A stretch of 32,320 nt of DNA. Source: Thermoplasmata archaeon HGW-Thermoplasmata-1. Its GTDB lineage: Archaea > Thermoplasmatota > E2 > GCA-002838935. Both the position numbers and the translations under genes were made by a program. The notes under the pieces were generated by a model. The model made no database searches. It saw only the letters and a program-made list of their open reading frames with translations, and was not told where the DNA came from. Below are positions 7,867 to 16,066 of this stretch, in pieces (position 1 is the first letter of the stretch; each line of letters opens with the position of its first letter). The stretch is from positions 1 to 32,320 of the forward strand of contig PGXE01000001.1 of assembly GCA_002838935.1 (NCBI GenBank). Direction: 5' to 3'.

Positions 7867-9516
7867 ATGGTCATAAACGGGCGCGGCAAACAGTTGACGG
7901 TGGTGTTGGCATTCTTTGCGATGTTGTTTGCGTCGCTTGCCGGGTGCGTTCTGCCTGAGGGCGGGGCCGGCTCTGCGAATTTAGCATCGCCCGCTCCGTA
8001 TAATGAGAACGAACGCACTAGCAACGTTTTGCTCGACGAGCGGCATCCTACGCCGGAAAAGAACGTGTTGTATCTACACGGCGGAACTGTCGACAAAGGA
8101 TCTTCACGACCCCAGACCGTATTATGGATGAATCCGCTTTTGGACGACCCGGCTGCAACTGAGGACACCGCGTATTCCGTGTGGTTCGGGGGAGCCGGCA
8201 TGTCGGTTACCCATAGAAAAGTCAACGTTTCGTTCCCTCTCAACGCGCCGCTGTCAAAAAACCTCGTGATGCAGGAGGGGGGAGAAGCCGTTGCCCGTAT
8301 ACGTGTGGAAGTTATCCAGACGCATGCGAGTTATTCGCTTTGGACCGCGTTTTGGGTGGACGGGGCCGAATACTCTTCTAATAAAGTAGATTACGAGGTC
8401 GCATCAACCGATAGCTCACATGAATTCAGGATGTCGGTGCCGGCGCAGATAGATTCCGGGAGTAATGTTTCTTTTTCCATCTACGTGCAGGGCGTTTCCG
8501 ATATTACCGAGTTGGAAGCAGATGTCATCTATGTAAATGTATACGTGGACGGTTCAAGCAGTATAACTCTGCCTATAGCGGCCTTATCCGACAAGGTCGA
8601 ATCGCCGTCACCAGAAGACGACGGCACGGACGACGATTCCGACGAAAGCGGTGAAAATGAAGATGACGACGAGGACTCCGGGGATGGCGACAATGAAACG
8701 TCAAAGAGCAAAGGGGAGAGGGGAGCTTCGATAGAGGAGAGTGGCACCACCGTCCAGCAGGATCAGAACGGCAGGTGGATAGCATATAAGACAGTGACGA
8801 TAAGCAACGATTTCGGGGGCGCCGCCTCTTGTTCGCTATCCCTCGACACAGTCAACGGCAACCTCGTCGCCGAAGCTTGGGACAATAAGGGATACGCGGT
8901 AGGCATAATTCTTCAGGGCATGGGCAACACGCGGGAAGCGGCCATGTCGAATCTCAACGACCTGTATTACACCCACCAGGATTTCGTAAGCGGCAAAACC
9001 CTTTCGCTTTCGACCTGCGTGGACGACCAAAGCGACAACTGGAACGACAAGTCCGCATCCATCTACGCGAACGTTCCCAAGACCGCCGAATATTCGCTAT
9101 ATCTCGACACCGTCAACGGCAATCTGGCCGCGCGGCAGCTTACCGGGACATATCTCGAGGCCGACACATGCAACGGCAACATCGAGAGCAGATCCACGTT
9201 CGACGACCTTGATTTAGACACCACGAATGGTAATATAGAAGTCGAGACGACACCGCGCGCGAGCGGCAAATACGTTCTAGATACCACGAACGGCAACATA
9301 CGATTGTCGCTTGGAACGACCAACGACCATGGCTATGACGTATATGCAGACGTTACAAACGGCCGCATACAGATAGACCTGCCGGACACCGAACCGGTGG
9401 GCAGCCAGGAGCCTGAGTCGCAGCACGTTAGGACGAAGGGCTACGATTCTAAGAAGATAAAAGTGTCGCTGAGTCTTGATACGACTAATGGGAATATTAA
9501 TGCGGAGGAAAATTAG
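7867..9516 (+). CDS. Surface lipoprotein with acidic linker and C-terminal DUF4097/adhesin-like beta-strand repeats
   Basis: Lipobox-like SLAGC after a hydrophobic signal; D/E/S-rich linker (~8605-8700); seven D(T/V)xNG(N/R)(I/L) repeats. Confidence 0.8.
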   Translation: MVINGRGKQLTVVLAFFAMLFASLAGCVLPEGGAGSANLASPAPYNENERTSNVLLDERHPTPEKNVLYLHGGTVDKGSSRPQTVLWMNPLLDDPAATEDTAYSVWFGGAGMSVTHRKVNVSFPLNAPLSKNLVMQEGGEAVARIRVEVIQTHASYSLWTAFWVDGAEYSSNKVDYEVASTDSSHEFRMSVPAQIDSGSNVSFSIYVQGVSDITELEADVIYVNVYVDGSSSITLPIAALSDKVESPSPEDDGTDDDSDESGENEDDDEDSGDGDNETSKSKGERGASIEESGTTVQQDQNGRWIAYKTVTISNDFGGAASCSLSLDTVNGNLVAEAWDNKGYAVGIILQGMGNTREAAMSNLNDLYYTHQDFVSGKTLSLSTCVDDQSDNWNDKSASIYANVPKTAEYSLYLDTVNGNLAARQLTGTYLEADTCNGNIESRSTFDDLDLDTTNGNIEVETTPRASGKYVLDTTNGNIRLSLGTTNDHGYDVYADVTNGRIQIDLPDTEPVGSQEPESQHVRTKGYDSKKIKVSLSLDTTNGNINAEEN

Positions 9517-11076
9517 ATGAAAAAAAATCATCTGCTGCCGGCGGTTCTCGCCTTGCTGCTCGTTGGTACCATATTATCCGGCGTGGCGCTTTCGTCGCCA
9601 TGGTGGGGATTCAAATACGATATGAGCGTGGAGATGAGTTACTACGGCTTTAGCTACGACGAGGATTACAGCGTAAAAGGCGAGTTCTATTTCGATGAGC
9701 TACGGGTAGATTACAGGGGTGACAACGAGAAATCCACGACCACCATGTCGTACGAGAACGACGAATTGAAGGATAGCATGCCCTCCACCATAAAGGTGTT
9801 TAAAACAACGGCCATCTTCGCATGGCTCGGTTTTGGTTTTTCTCTTGCCGCCTTTTTTGCCTGCCTGTTGTATGTTCTCTCTGCGCAGGGGCTCGAAGAC
9901 CCTCTTAAGAGAATATCGTCAAGATTCGGCAGCGGGCATCTTGCCGCCGCCTTCGCGGTGATAGCGCTCGTTTTTCTGATAACGGCACCAGCCTACTTTG
10001 CATCCGAACTTCCGGAAGCGTTGTCGGACGACGACGCGGGCATATACTCCTTTAAAGGCGAAGAGTCCGAGAAGGACACTTATTACAGTTACGAAAGGAC
10101 GTGGGGGCCGATGAAGGGATATTCGCTTGATATAGCGGCGGCGTGCTTGGTATTCGCCTGTTTCGCCGCAGCCGGCGTTGCCGCATACTTGTCGGTGGCG
10201 ATGGGCGCTAGCGCGGCCGCCGGAATTCCTGCGGATGGACTAGCGCAAAACGGTGCGGTAATCGTGCAAAGCGCCGCAAAGCCGTTTGCGCTCGATGCCA
10301 CAGCCGAAAAGAAGGCGCAAAAAGCAGCCCGCACTGCGCCCGCGGCTGCCGGTGGCGGCGAGCGCGCCGCGCACGTCAAAGTTTCCAAAAAAGAGTCGCG
10401 CAGGGAAACCGGAGGTGCGGTCGGACCGGGCAGGCGCAGGGACGTCGTAGTCGCAGGAATAGCCGCGGCGGCTGTTGTGATAATCGCCCTTTCGCTAGTC
10501 CTCGCCTATTTCTACGGAGACTTCGGCATGGTCGGCTCATCGGAAGAGATCGGGGCGCAAGGCAGCGATTACCTGATAACGTGGCAGTCGGTGCAGAAGC
10601 CGGCAGGCTCGTCGAGCTGGTATTCGGAAGAGAGTGAGTCGCGCGAGGTAGAATTCAAGATAGATGATTATAATGTGAGGGACGTAACCTTTAATCTCAC
10701 TTGGGAAGATGACGAGACAGACCTAACGGACTACGATTCGTTTTCACTTGTCGTCTATGATCCCAAAGGGGCGCAGGTGGCGTCGGGCTCTTCCTCCGAC
10801 GGCAAGATAACGATGAGAATCGACGTTTATTCGCTTCCGCCGGCAATGACGGTCAATGCGGATTCGGAGGCTGGTGCGATAAACGAAACGAACCGGATAT
10901 TCCCTCCAAACAGCCTTGGAAAAGGGACGTGGAGAGCGGTCGTGAAACTCGACGACACCGGAAGCCCGCTAAATCAATTGCCGGTATCCTCGCCATTGCC
11001 GCTTGATGAAGGGAATTCGTGGAAACTCGAGGCCGCGTACAGGGTGAACGAACCGATGGCCAAGAAACTTGAGTGA
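9517..11076 (+). CDS. Membrane protein: N-terminal four-TM (claudin-like topology) module, Ala/Lys linker, fifth TM, C-terminal beta-sandwich domain
   Basis: ATG directly follows the previous TAG. Hydropathy read by eye; C-terminal VTFNLTWEDD...FSLVVYDPKG...GTWRAVV resembles PPC-type beta-sandwich domains. Confidence 0.75.
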   Translation: MKKNHLLPAVLALLLVGTILSGVALSSPWWGFKYDMSVEMSYYGFSYDEDYSVKGEFYFDELRVDYRGDNEKSTTTMSYENDELKDSMPSTIKVFKTTAIFAWLGFGFSLAAFFACLLYVLSAQGLEDPLKRISSRFGSGHLAAAFAVIALVFLITAPAYFASELPEALSDDDAGIYSFKGEESEKDTYYSYERTWGPMKGYSLDIAAACLVFACFAAAGVAAYLSVAMGASAAAGIPADGLAQNGAVIVQSAAKPFALDATAEKKAQKAARTAPAAAGGGERAAHVKVSKKESRRETGGAVGPGRRRDVVVAGIAAAAVVIIALSLVLAYFYGDFGMVGSSEEIGAQGSDYLITWQSVQKPAGSSSWYSEESESREVEFKIDDYNVRDVTFNLTWEDDETDLTDYDSFSLVVYDPKGAQVASGSSSDGKITMRIDVYSLPPAMTVNADSEAGAINETNRIFPPNSLGKGTWRAVVKLDDTGSPLNQLPVSSPLPLDEGNSWKLEAAYRVNEPMAKKLE

Positions 11077-11097
11077 TATGGATAAAGGAGGCAAAAA

Positions 11098-11495
11098 ATG
11101 AAGAAAGGGAAAAACAACAGTCCGGTCATGGCAATACCGGTCGTAGCGGCGGTCATGGACAGTTTGGCATTCAGCGGCTGCTTTGACACCGGTTTTTTCA
11201 CCGATGCCGACGAAGCCTTTTCCGAGTCCGTCGGAGGTTATGCGAATAAAACATATTAGTTCACTGTGCCATCAGGGAGCGAAGAGATGGAGATAAAATA
11301 CATTTTTCGGGCGGCGGCTCATGTCCGGTCTCGCTGAAAAATCCCGGCGGCGGAACCGTAAAATCATTCAACTTCGACGGCGGCAGCGCCGAAACCGGCA
11401 CCTTCTACAAGAAGAGCAGTCCAGAGCCGGGCGAATGGAGCCTCGAGGTCAGGGTAGCCGGCGGAGCGGCCTACTCCTTCGGGGTTTATTACTAA
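11098..11495 (+). pseudogene. Disrupted small lipoprotein (PPC-like beta-sandwich)
   Basis: RBS AGGAGG before ATG 11098; MKKGKNN...AFSGC lipobox; in-frame TAG at 11257-11259; -1 frameshift around the T5 run 11303-11307; the shifted frame continues VSLKNPGG...PEPGEWSLEVRV...YSFGVYY to TAA 11493-11495. Confidence 0.75.
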
Positions 11496-11588
11496 TGGAC
11501 TCGGCATCGCCCCGGCTCTTCTCATTTATTTTCCTTCTGCACGAATCTGGTTAATACGATGGCCGCCCGGGGGTTGAACGGGGATCGG

Positions 11589-12755
11589 CTAAACCCTGCC
11601 CTCTTTTTTGAAAATTCTAAGCAGCGAATCAAAATCCGCATCCGTCTTGAAAGCCTTGGGCGAGAAGTGCGAACGTGCGGCCGCAAAGCCAGCTTCCCGA
11701 AGCCGTTCCAGCAAAAGTCCGGTCGGCATCGGCTGCGTCTTGGCAACGCTCGATATCTCGTCGGTCGTGTAATGAAAGGGAGGCATGCCGATCTCGCCCC
11801 TTGCGATTTCAAGCAGCTTGATAGCTTTCTCGCGCTTATCGAGCGTCATCTGCGGGATTATGCGAAGCAGCCCCTCCACGAACTCCTTTTCGTGAAGCTC
11901 CCCGAGCCAGAGCGGCCCGGCATACTCCCTGCCTTGCAGTTCGTGCGGGTGTTTTATCGCTTCGTAACCAGCCCCCTCGCGCTTCTCCAGATACCCGATA
12001 TTCGCAAGTCCGTTAGCGGCTGCGGTCCTGCCTTTTCTTACGCGCACGTAAGTCCTGAAGTAATGGTCGGAGCAGTAGGAAAAAAGCGGTTCTATCGCGC
12101 GGTCGTGTTTTGCCCCTTCCCTTGCGATGAAACCCAGCAATATCCTTATGCCGTGCTCGTGCATCCCGACGTTGCGCATCGGCCTTGCCCCGTATCTTCT
12201 CAGGCAGACCTTGGCGTAGGTGCCGCAAAGGGGCGCGGTATCGGTCGCCGTGATTGCGAGGACCCCGTCGCGGTTTATCGCCCTGAAGCAGTTATCCACG
12301 AAAAGCGCGGGGCTGCCAAAAGGATCCACGTCGATGTAGTCGAAATGGTCGGAAACGAGCAACGCGTTGAGGTCGCGTCTCGTTATCGTGACGTTTTCAA
12401 GAGAATTAAGCCGAACGTTTTCTTCTATAATGCGCACCGCGTTTTCGCTGATGTCGTTTGCCACAACGTCGATGCCGCAGCCGCACTCGTTCGCTATCCT
12501 GACGGCTCGCGCACCGCTTGCGGCAAGGCCGTCGAGGATGCGCATAGGCCTTTTGCTAGTTTCGGCAAGCAGTCGGCAGGCGGCTATCGATATATCCCTC
12601 GACATCGTCATTGCAGGGTTATAGAAAACGGTGCCGTCCTTTATTCCCGGCCCGCGCTCTCCGAACTCTTTTGAATGATCGCAAAAAGAGGGAACCGGGA
12701 GGGTCAGGCGTGTCGCGCCTTCCCTTGTTTCCCGCGTATCGAAATTCTTTTTCAT
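11589..12755 (-). CDS. trm1: tRNA (guanine(26)-N2)-dimethyltransferase
   Basis: VFYNPAMTMSRD, DGLAASGARAVR, IDVDPFGSP, TATDTAPLCG, GPLWLG, KTDA. Confidence 0.97.
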   Translation of the reverse strand: MKKNFDTRETREGATRLTLPVPSFCDHSKEFGERGPGIKDGTVFYNPAMTMSRDISIAACRLLAETSKRPMRILDGLAASGARAVRIANECGCGIDVVANDISENAVRIIEENVRLNSLENVTITRRDLNALLVSDHFDYIDVDPFGSPALFVDNCFRAINRDGVLAITATDTAPLCGTYAKVCLRRYGARPMRNVGMHEHGIRILLGFIAREGAKHDRAIEPLFSYCSDHYFRTYVRVRKGRTAAANGLANIGYLEKREGAGYEAIKHPHELQGREYAGPLWLGELHEKEFVEGLLRIIPQMTLDKREKAIKLLEIARGEIGMPPFHYTTDEISSVAKTQPMPTGLLLERLREAGFAAARSHFSPKAFKTDADFDSLLRIFKKEGRV

Positions 12756-13315
12756 GCTTGGAATGAAGGCAGTTTGTCCTTTAGAATCTTCTCTATCTTG
12801 TAGGGTAACAGGTTCTGGTTGACTGGCGTGACTTCAAGTATGCGCACGTCGTCCCTTCTCCTGATGTCCTGCAGAAGCGGGTTCCTGCTCTTTTTGTGCA
12901 GCGTCATGAGCATGGGCTTGTTGCAGTCGAGGGCGTCCTTTACCGCCTGGCAGAACTCATCCGACAGCATCTCCATCTTTCCCACCTCGTCTATGACGAT
13001 TATCTCGGTCTTTTCGTCTTCTATCGCATTCCTTATGGCGCCGACGCCTATCCGCACCAGCGTCTTGAGGTCTATGCCGTAGTCGCCGACGTGGTCTGCG
13101 CTGTCCATGCCGACCTGCGAGAAAATGGCCTCTTCCTTGGTTTTCCAGTCGAGGATCTTGAAGCCCACCCGGATTTTGTTCTCTTCGATAGTTGGGGTTA
13201 TCATGCCGCCTACCTGATGGTCATGCGCCTCAAGTTTGGCTATTATTTTCATAAGCGTCTCGGTCTTTCCCACGCCCGGCAGACCGGTTATGCCTATCTT
13301 CGGTACATCGTCCAT
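12752..13315 (-). CDS. Nucleoside-triphosphatase THEP1 (NTPase_1)
   Basis: ITGLPGVGKT, IVIDEVGKME; ATGA overlap with trm1; start placed at MDDVPK. Confidence 0.93.
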   Translation of the reverse strand: MDDVPKIGITGLPGVGKTETLMKIIAKLEAHDHQVGGMITPTIEENKIRVGFKILDWKTKEEAIFSQVGMDSADHVGDYGIDLKTLVRIGVGAIRNAIEDEKTEIIVIDEVGKMEMLSDEFCQAVKDALDCNKPMLMTLHKKSRNPLLQDIRRRDDVRILEVTPVNQNLLPYKIEKILKDKLPSFQA

Positions 13316-13367
13316 ACGCAAGCCCCTTATCCTTACCCATATCATCAGTCCGATTAGAAAGCTTTCG

Positions 13368-14138
13368 CTACCTGAAAGACGGCGTTTGCGCCGCCGTAGC
13401 GTTTTTTTCTTTTAGGTAGACGTAGGGCGGTCCCAGCAGGATGTATGCGCCAGCGGCCACGATGAGCGACCAGGGGGCGAACAGGTAAAACCTTGTTCCG
13501 AAAAGAATGGTCAGGACGATTGGTATCGCGAACGCGTATGCTATCCACCCCTTGACTTTGGGCCACTTGAGCCTTGACGAGACCATGGCAGCCGACATTA
13601 CCACTACCGGAGGCAGGACGAAAGCCCAGTGCAGGTCGAGGGCGACGGTTGCGCAGACCCACAACTCCACTGCAAGCGTGGGAAGTCCAAGGAATATCTT
13701 CCTGTTCGAGCCGCCGTCCGAGTACTCGAAGCGGGCGAGCCGGAGCATGCCGAGCACAAGAAGGAAGCCTATCGTTGCGGTTACGAACAGGTTTCCGGCA
13801 GTAATGCCTATGCTGGAGGCAAAAGCGTCCGAGCCGTAGAACTTCCCGAATATCAGCACGGAAGGCGCTATGCAAAACGAGGTCATATCGGAGAAACCGT
13901 CGAGGTATTCCCCGAGCCTGCATTCGCTTTTCACCAATCTTGCCACTATGCCGTCTATGCCGTCGGCGAGCGATGCGAGCAGCATGAACGTGACCGCCAA
14001 ATCGAAACGCTGGAGCATGACGGAGAACATCGAAGCCATGCCGAAAAGACCGTTTAGTATGGTGACTATATCCGCAAGCGATATGAGTTGCAAGAGAGAT
14101 AGTTTCCCTGCGTTTTTTTCTGCAGCCGATTTTTGCAT
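13368..14138 (-). CDS. pssA: CDP-alcohol phosphatidyltransferase, probably archaetidylserine/phosphatidylserine synthase
   Basis: ADIVTILNG; DGIDGIVAR...GEYLDGFSDMTSFCIAP; LRLARF; FLGLP. Confidence 0.85.
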   Translation of the reverse strand: MQKSAAEKNAGKLSLLQLISLADIVTILNGLFGMASMFSVMLQRFDLAVTFMLLASLADGIDGIVARLVKSECRLGEYLDGFSDMTSFCIAPSVLIFGKFYGSDAFASSIGITAGNLFVTATIGFLLVLGMLRLARFEYSDGGSNRKIFLGLPTLAVELWVCATVALDLHWAFVLPPVVVMSAAMVSSRLKWPKVKGWIAYAFAIPIVLTILFGTRFYLFAPWSLIVAAGAYILLGPPYVYLKEKNATAAQTPSFR

Positions 14139-14285
14139 AGGCCATAGATAGCGTGCGGCATTAAAAATTATTTGCGGGTAGTAAGAGTAAACCGTCGAGG
14201 TAAAACAGATTACGTTTTCGACGATAGGCGAAATAATTGTTTGTGCGTGGGGGAACATGTAGTTGGCAAATGAAACGTTCGAGGC

Positions 14286-14305
14286 GCCTCGGACGTGACT
14301 CACGC
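14286..14305 (-). repeat. Partial direct copy of the tRNA-Phe 3' end (T arm + acceptor strand), possible att-site relic
   Basis: 14286-14298 GCCTCGGACGTGA is identical to 14381-14393, followed by CACGC as in the tRNA T stem, with a shortened loop. Confidence 0.65.
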
Positions 14306-14376
14306 ACCGATAATCCCTGCGGTCGCATTGGTGCTAAGCCCCGCCCCCGTTTGGTTAATTGGAGAAGTAGGTTACT

Positions 14377-14452
14377 TGGTGCCTCGGACGTGATTTGAAC
14401 ACGCGACTTCCAGATCTTCAGTCTGGCACTCTCCCAGCTGAGTTACCGAGGC
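14377..14452 (-). tRNA. tRNA-Phe (GAA), CCA encoded, no intron
   Basis: GCCTCGGTAACTCAGCTGGGAGAGTGCCAGACTGAAGATCTGGAAGTCGCGTGTTCAAATCACGTCCGAGGCACCA folds as a cloverleaf with anticodon loop CTGAAGA; TATA box at 14470-14476. Confidence 0.97.
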
Positions 14453-14515
14453 GAGAAGTAAAGTCTGGAATATAAAGAGGGGTTAATAAGCATTACTGGA
14501 TTTTCCAAAATAAGG

Positions 14516-14833
14516 TTATTGGAGGATGCTTTCGAGTTCGAGAAGGGTCCGTGACATATTATTTATCATTTCTTTTAGATGGCTGATGAATCCCTTTACC
14601 TCGTTTGATGTTACCGCTCCCTGTGCCGAGGGGGCTATCAGCATCTCCTGCTCGAGCATACGCAGGGAATATCTGACCTTGTGCTGCGGGTAACCCGTGG
14701 TCTCCGAAAGCCGTATTATCCCTATCGGCTCGTTGTCTATTACCGCCTTGAGTATCGATACATGCCGCTCAAGCAGTTCCATCTCATTTTCTAGCTTGCT
14801 TGTAAGTACGCTTCCACTGTCAATCATTCTCAT
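14516..14833 (-). CDS. Conserved archaeal winged-helix protein, predicted transcriptional regulator (COG3388-like)
   Basis: LLERHVSILKAVIDNEPIGIIRLSETTGYPQHKVRYSLRMLEQE; RBS GGAAGGTGA just before the ATG. Confidence 0.85.
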   Translation of the reverse strand: MRMIDSGSVLTSKLENEMELLERHVSILKAVIDNEPIGIIRLSETTGYPQHKVRYSLRMLEQEMLIAPSAQGAVTSNEVKGFISHLKEMINNMSRTLLELESILQ

Positions 14834-14957
14834 TCACCTTCCCCATGTCACGGGATGCCGTGCTTATTGGCATATCACGTGCTAGCATGAACCGTAGCGC
14901 TCCTCGATATTTAAACATATTCCAGTCCTGCTCCAGCTATGGCAGAGGTCGGACGCG

Positions 14958-15572
14958 CTACTTCCCCTTGCGTTTTGTCTTGTCGGGAGAGAGCGCGGTT
15001 TTTTTGAAAAACAGTTTTTTGTACAGGTTTTTGTCCGGGAACATGCCCTCCTTTGCGAACCGTACGTCCTCGACCGAGTAGAAAGCGTCTGGTGAGCAGG
15101 TTGTTATATCCCCGACTATGTCCTTCAGGTTGGCCCTCTGTATCACCGTGAATATTATCTTCACGTCGCCCTTTACCCCTTTGGCGTCTATCATGGTGAT
15201 GCCGTATTTCTTTTCCTTTAGCTTTTCTATTAGCGCTTCCGGATTCTGTTTGGTTATTATCCTGACTATCAGCAGACCAAGCGATAGCCTGTTCTCTATC
15301 AGCATGCCGACGTATGTGCCGGTGGCAAAGCCTGCGCCGTAGGCGAGGTAGGATACCCAGTTCGTAAGGTTCTGGACAATCTGCCCTATCGCAAGCAGCC
15401 ATATTATGACTTCGAAGAAACCGAGCACGGGCGCGATGTACTTTATCCCTTTCGATATGAATATGACCCTGATCGTTCCTATGCTTACGTCCACTATGCG
15501 TGCAAGAAATATGAGTACGGGTATGACGACCCAACTCCATATGCCCGAATCGATGAAGGATGGTATGTCCAT
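14958..15572 (-). CDS. UPF0316/DUF2179 family membrane protein
   Basis: IFLARIVDVSIGTIR, LGFFEVIIWL, YGAGFATGTYVG, AFYSVEDVR. Confidence 0.9.
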   Translation of the reverse strand: MDIPSFIDSGIWSWVVIPVLIFLARIVDVSIGTIRVIFISKGIKYIAPVLGFFEVIIWLLAIGQIVQNLTNWVSYLAYGAGFATGTYVGMLIENRLSLGLLIVRIITKQNPEALIEKLKEKKYGITMIDAKGVKGDVKIIFTVIQRANLKDIVGDITTCSPDAFYSVEDVRFAKEGMFPDKNLYKKLFFKKTALSPDKTKRKGK

Positions 15573-15638
15573 GCTAATCGCTTCCTGTGCCTGATGTGGC
15601 GATATCTCCGGTGGATATTAATTCTTTTATCCTCATCG

Positions 15639-15750
15639 TGAGGATGCCGCTAATTGAGGATGCCGCTAATTGAGGATGCCGCTAATTGAGGATGCCGCTA
15701 ATTGAGGATGCCGTTAATTGAGGATGCCGTTAATTGAGGATGCCGTTAAT
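15639..15750. repeat. Tandem repeat, 7 x 16 bp TGAGGATGCCG(C/T)TAAT
   Basis: Four C-variant units (15639-15702) then three T-variant units (15703-15750), no spacers, intergenic between divergent genes. Confidence 0.97.
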
Positions 15751-16066
15751 CGGCGCATACCGTCGGCATCGGCATAACCAACAACCGGCAGGAATGACGG
15801 CGAAATGAGCGATGAGGAGCTGGACTGTTAATGTGTGAAAAAGTCATTTTTAGCGGTTGGTGAATAATTGCACGATTGTGTCAATCTAATCGTCCGCTAA
15901 TCAGACATTAATCGATATGCAAATAACGGATTTTCGGATAATATGATTAGAGCCGCATAGTGCAGATGAAGCGACAGGTGCGGCATAGGTCCGCATGAAA
16001 CAGAAGGGTGCGGCCGTAGTGCGGCATATAGACAACCCTATAAACGCAAAAATCATCATCCCACTC

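Noticed and set aside
9520-9527. A8 tract as a phase-variation switch
   Set aside because: In frame and explained by the ordinary MKKN start; no evidence of variation from a single sequence.
11257-11259. Pyrrolysine/amber read-through in the lipoprotein gene
   Set aside because: A frameshift is also needed, and TAG is an ordinary stop for several genes here (trm1, pssA, DUF2179 gene, 7867-9516, 26484-28034).
11559-12674. 371-aa plus-strand ORF, and similar long ORFs such as 2150-3043, 19748-20638 and 13354-14145
   Set aside because: They are antisense or off-frame shadows of clear genes in GC-rich coding DNA; Arg-rich, with no motifs or expression signals.
14193-14223. Bulged hairpin CGTCGA...AAAAC/GTTTT...CGACG upstream of pssA
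   Set aside because: Imperfect and matches no RNA family I recognise; insufficient support.
14139-14303. 54-aa N-terminal extension of pssA from GTG 14303
   Set aside because: It runs through the tRNA-fragment relic and promoter-like AT-rich DNA; the family domain begins after ATG 14138.
15639-15750. CRISPR or other guide array
   Set aside because: Units are 16 bp, head-to-tail, with no variable spacers, and no cas-like gene is nearby.
15870-15879. GCACGATTGT, matching part of the left IS end
   Set aside because: Only 10 bp, lacks the terminal GCTGTGT and has no partner; probably chance.
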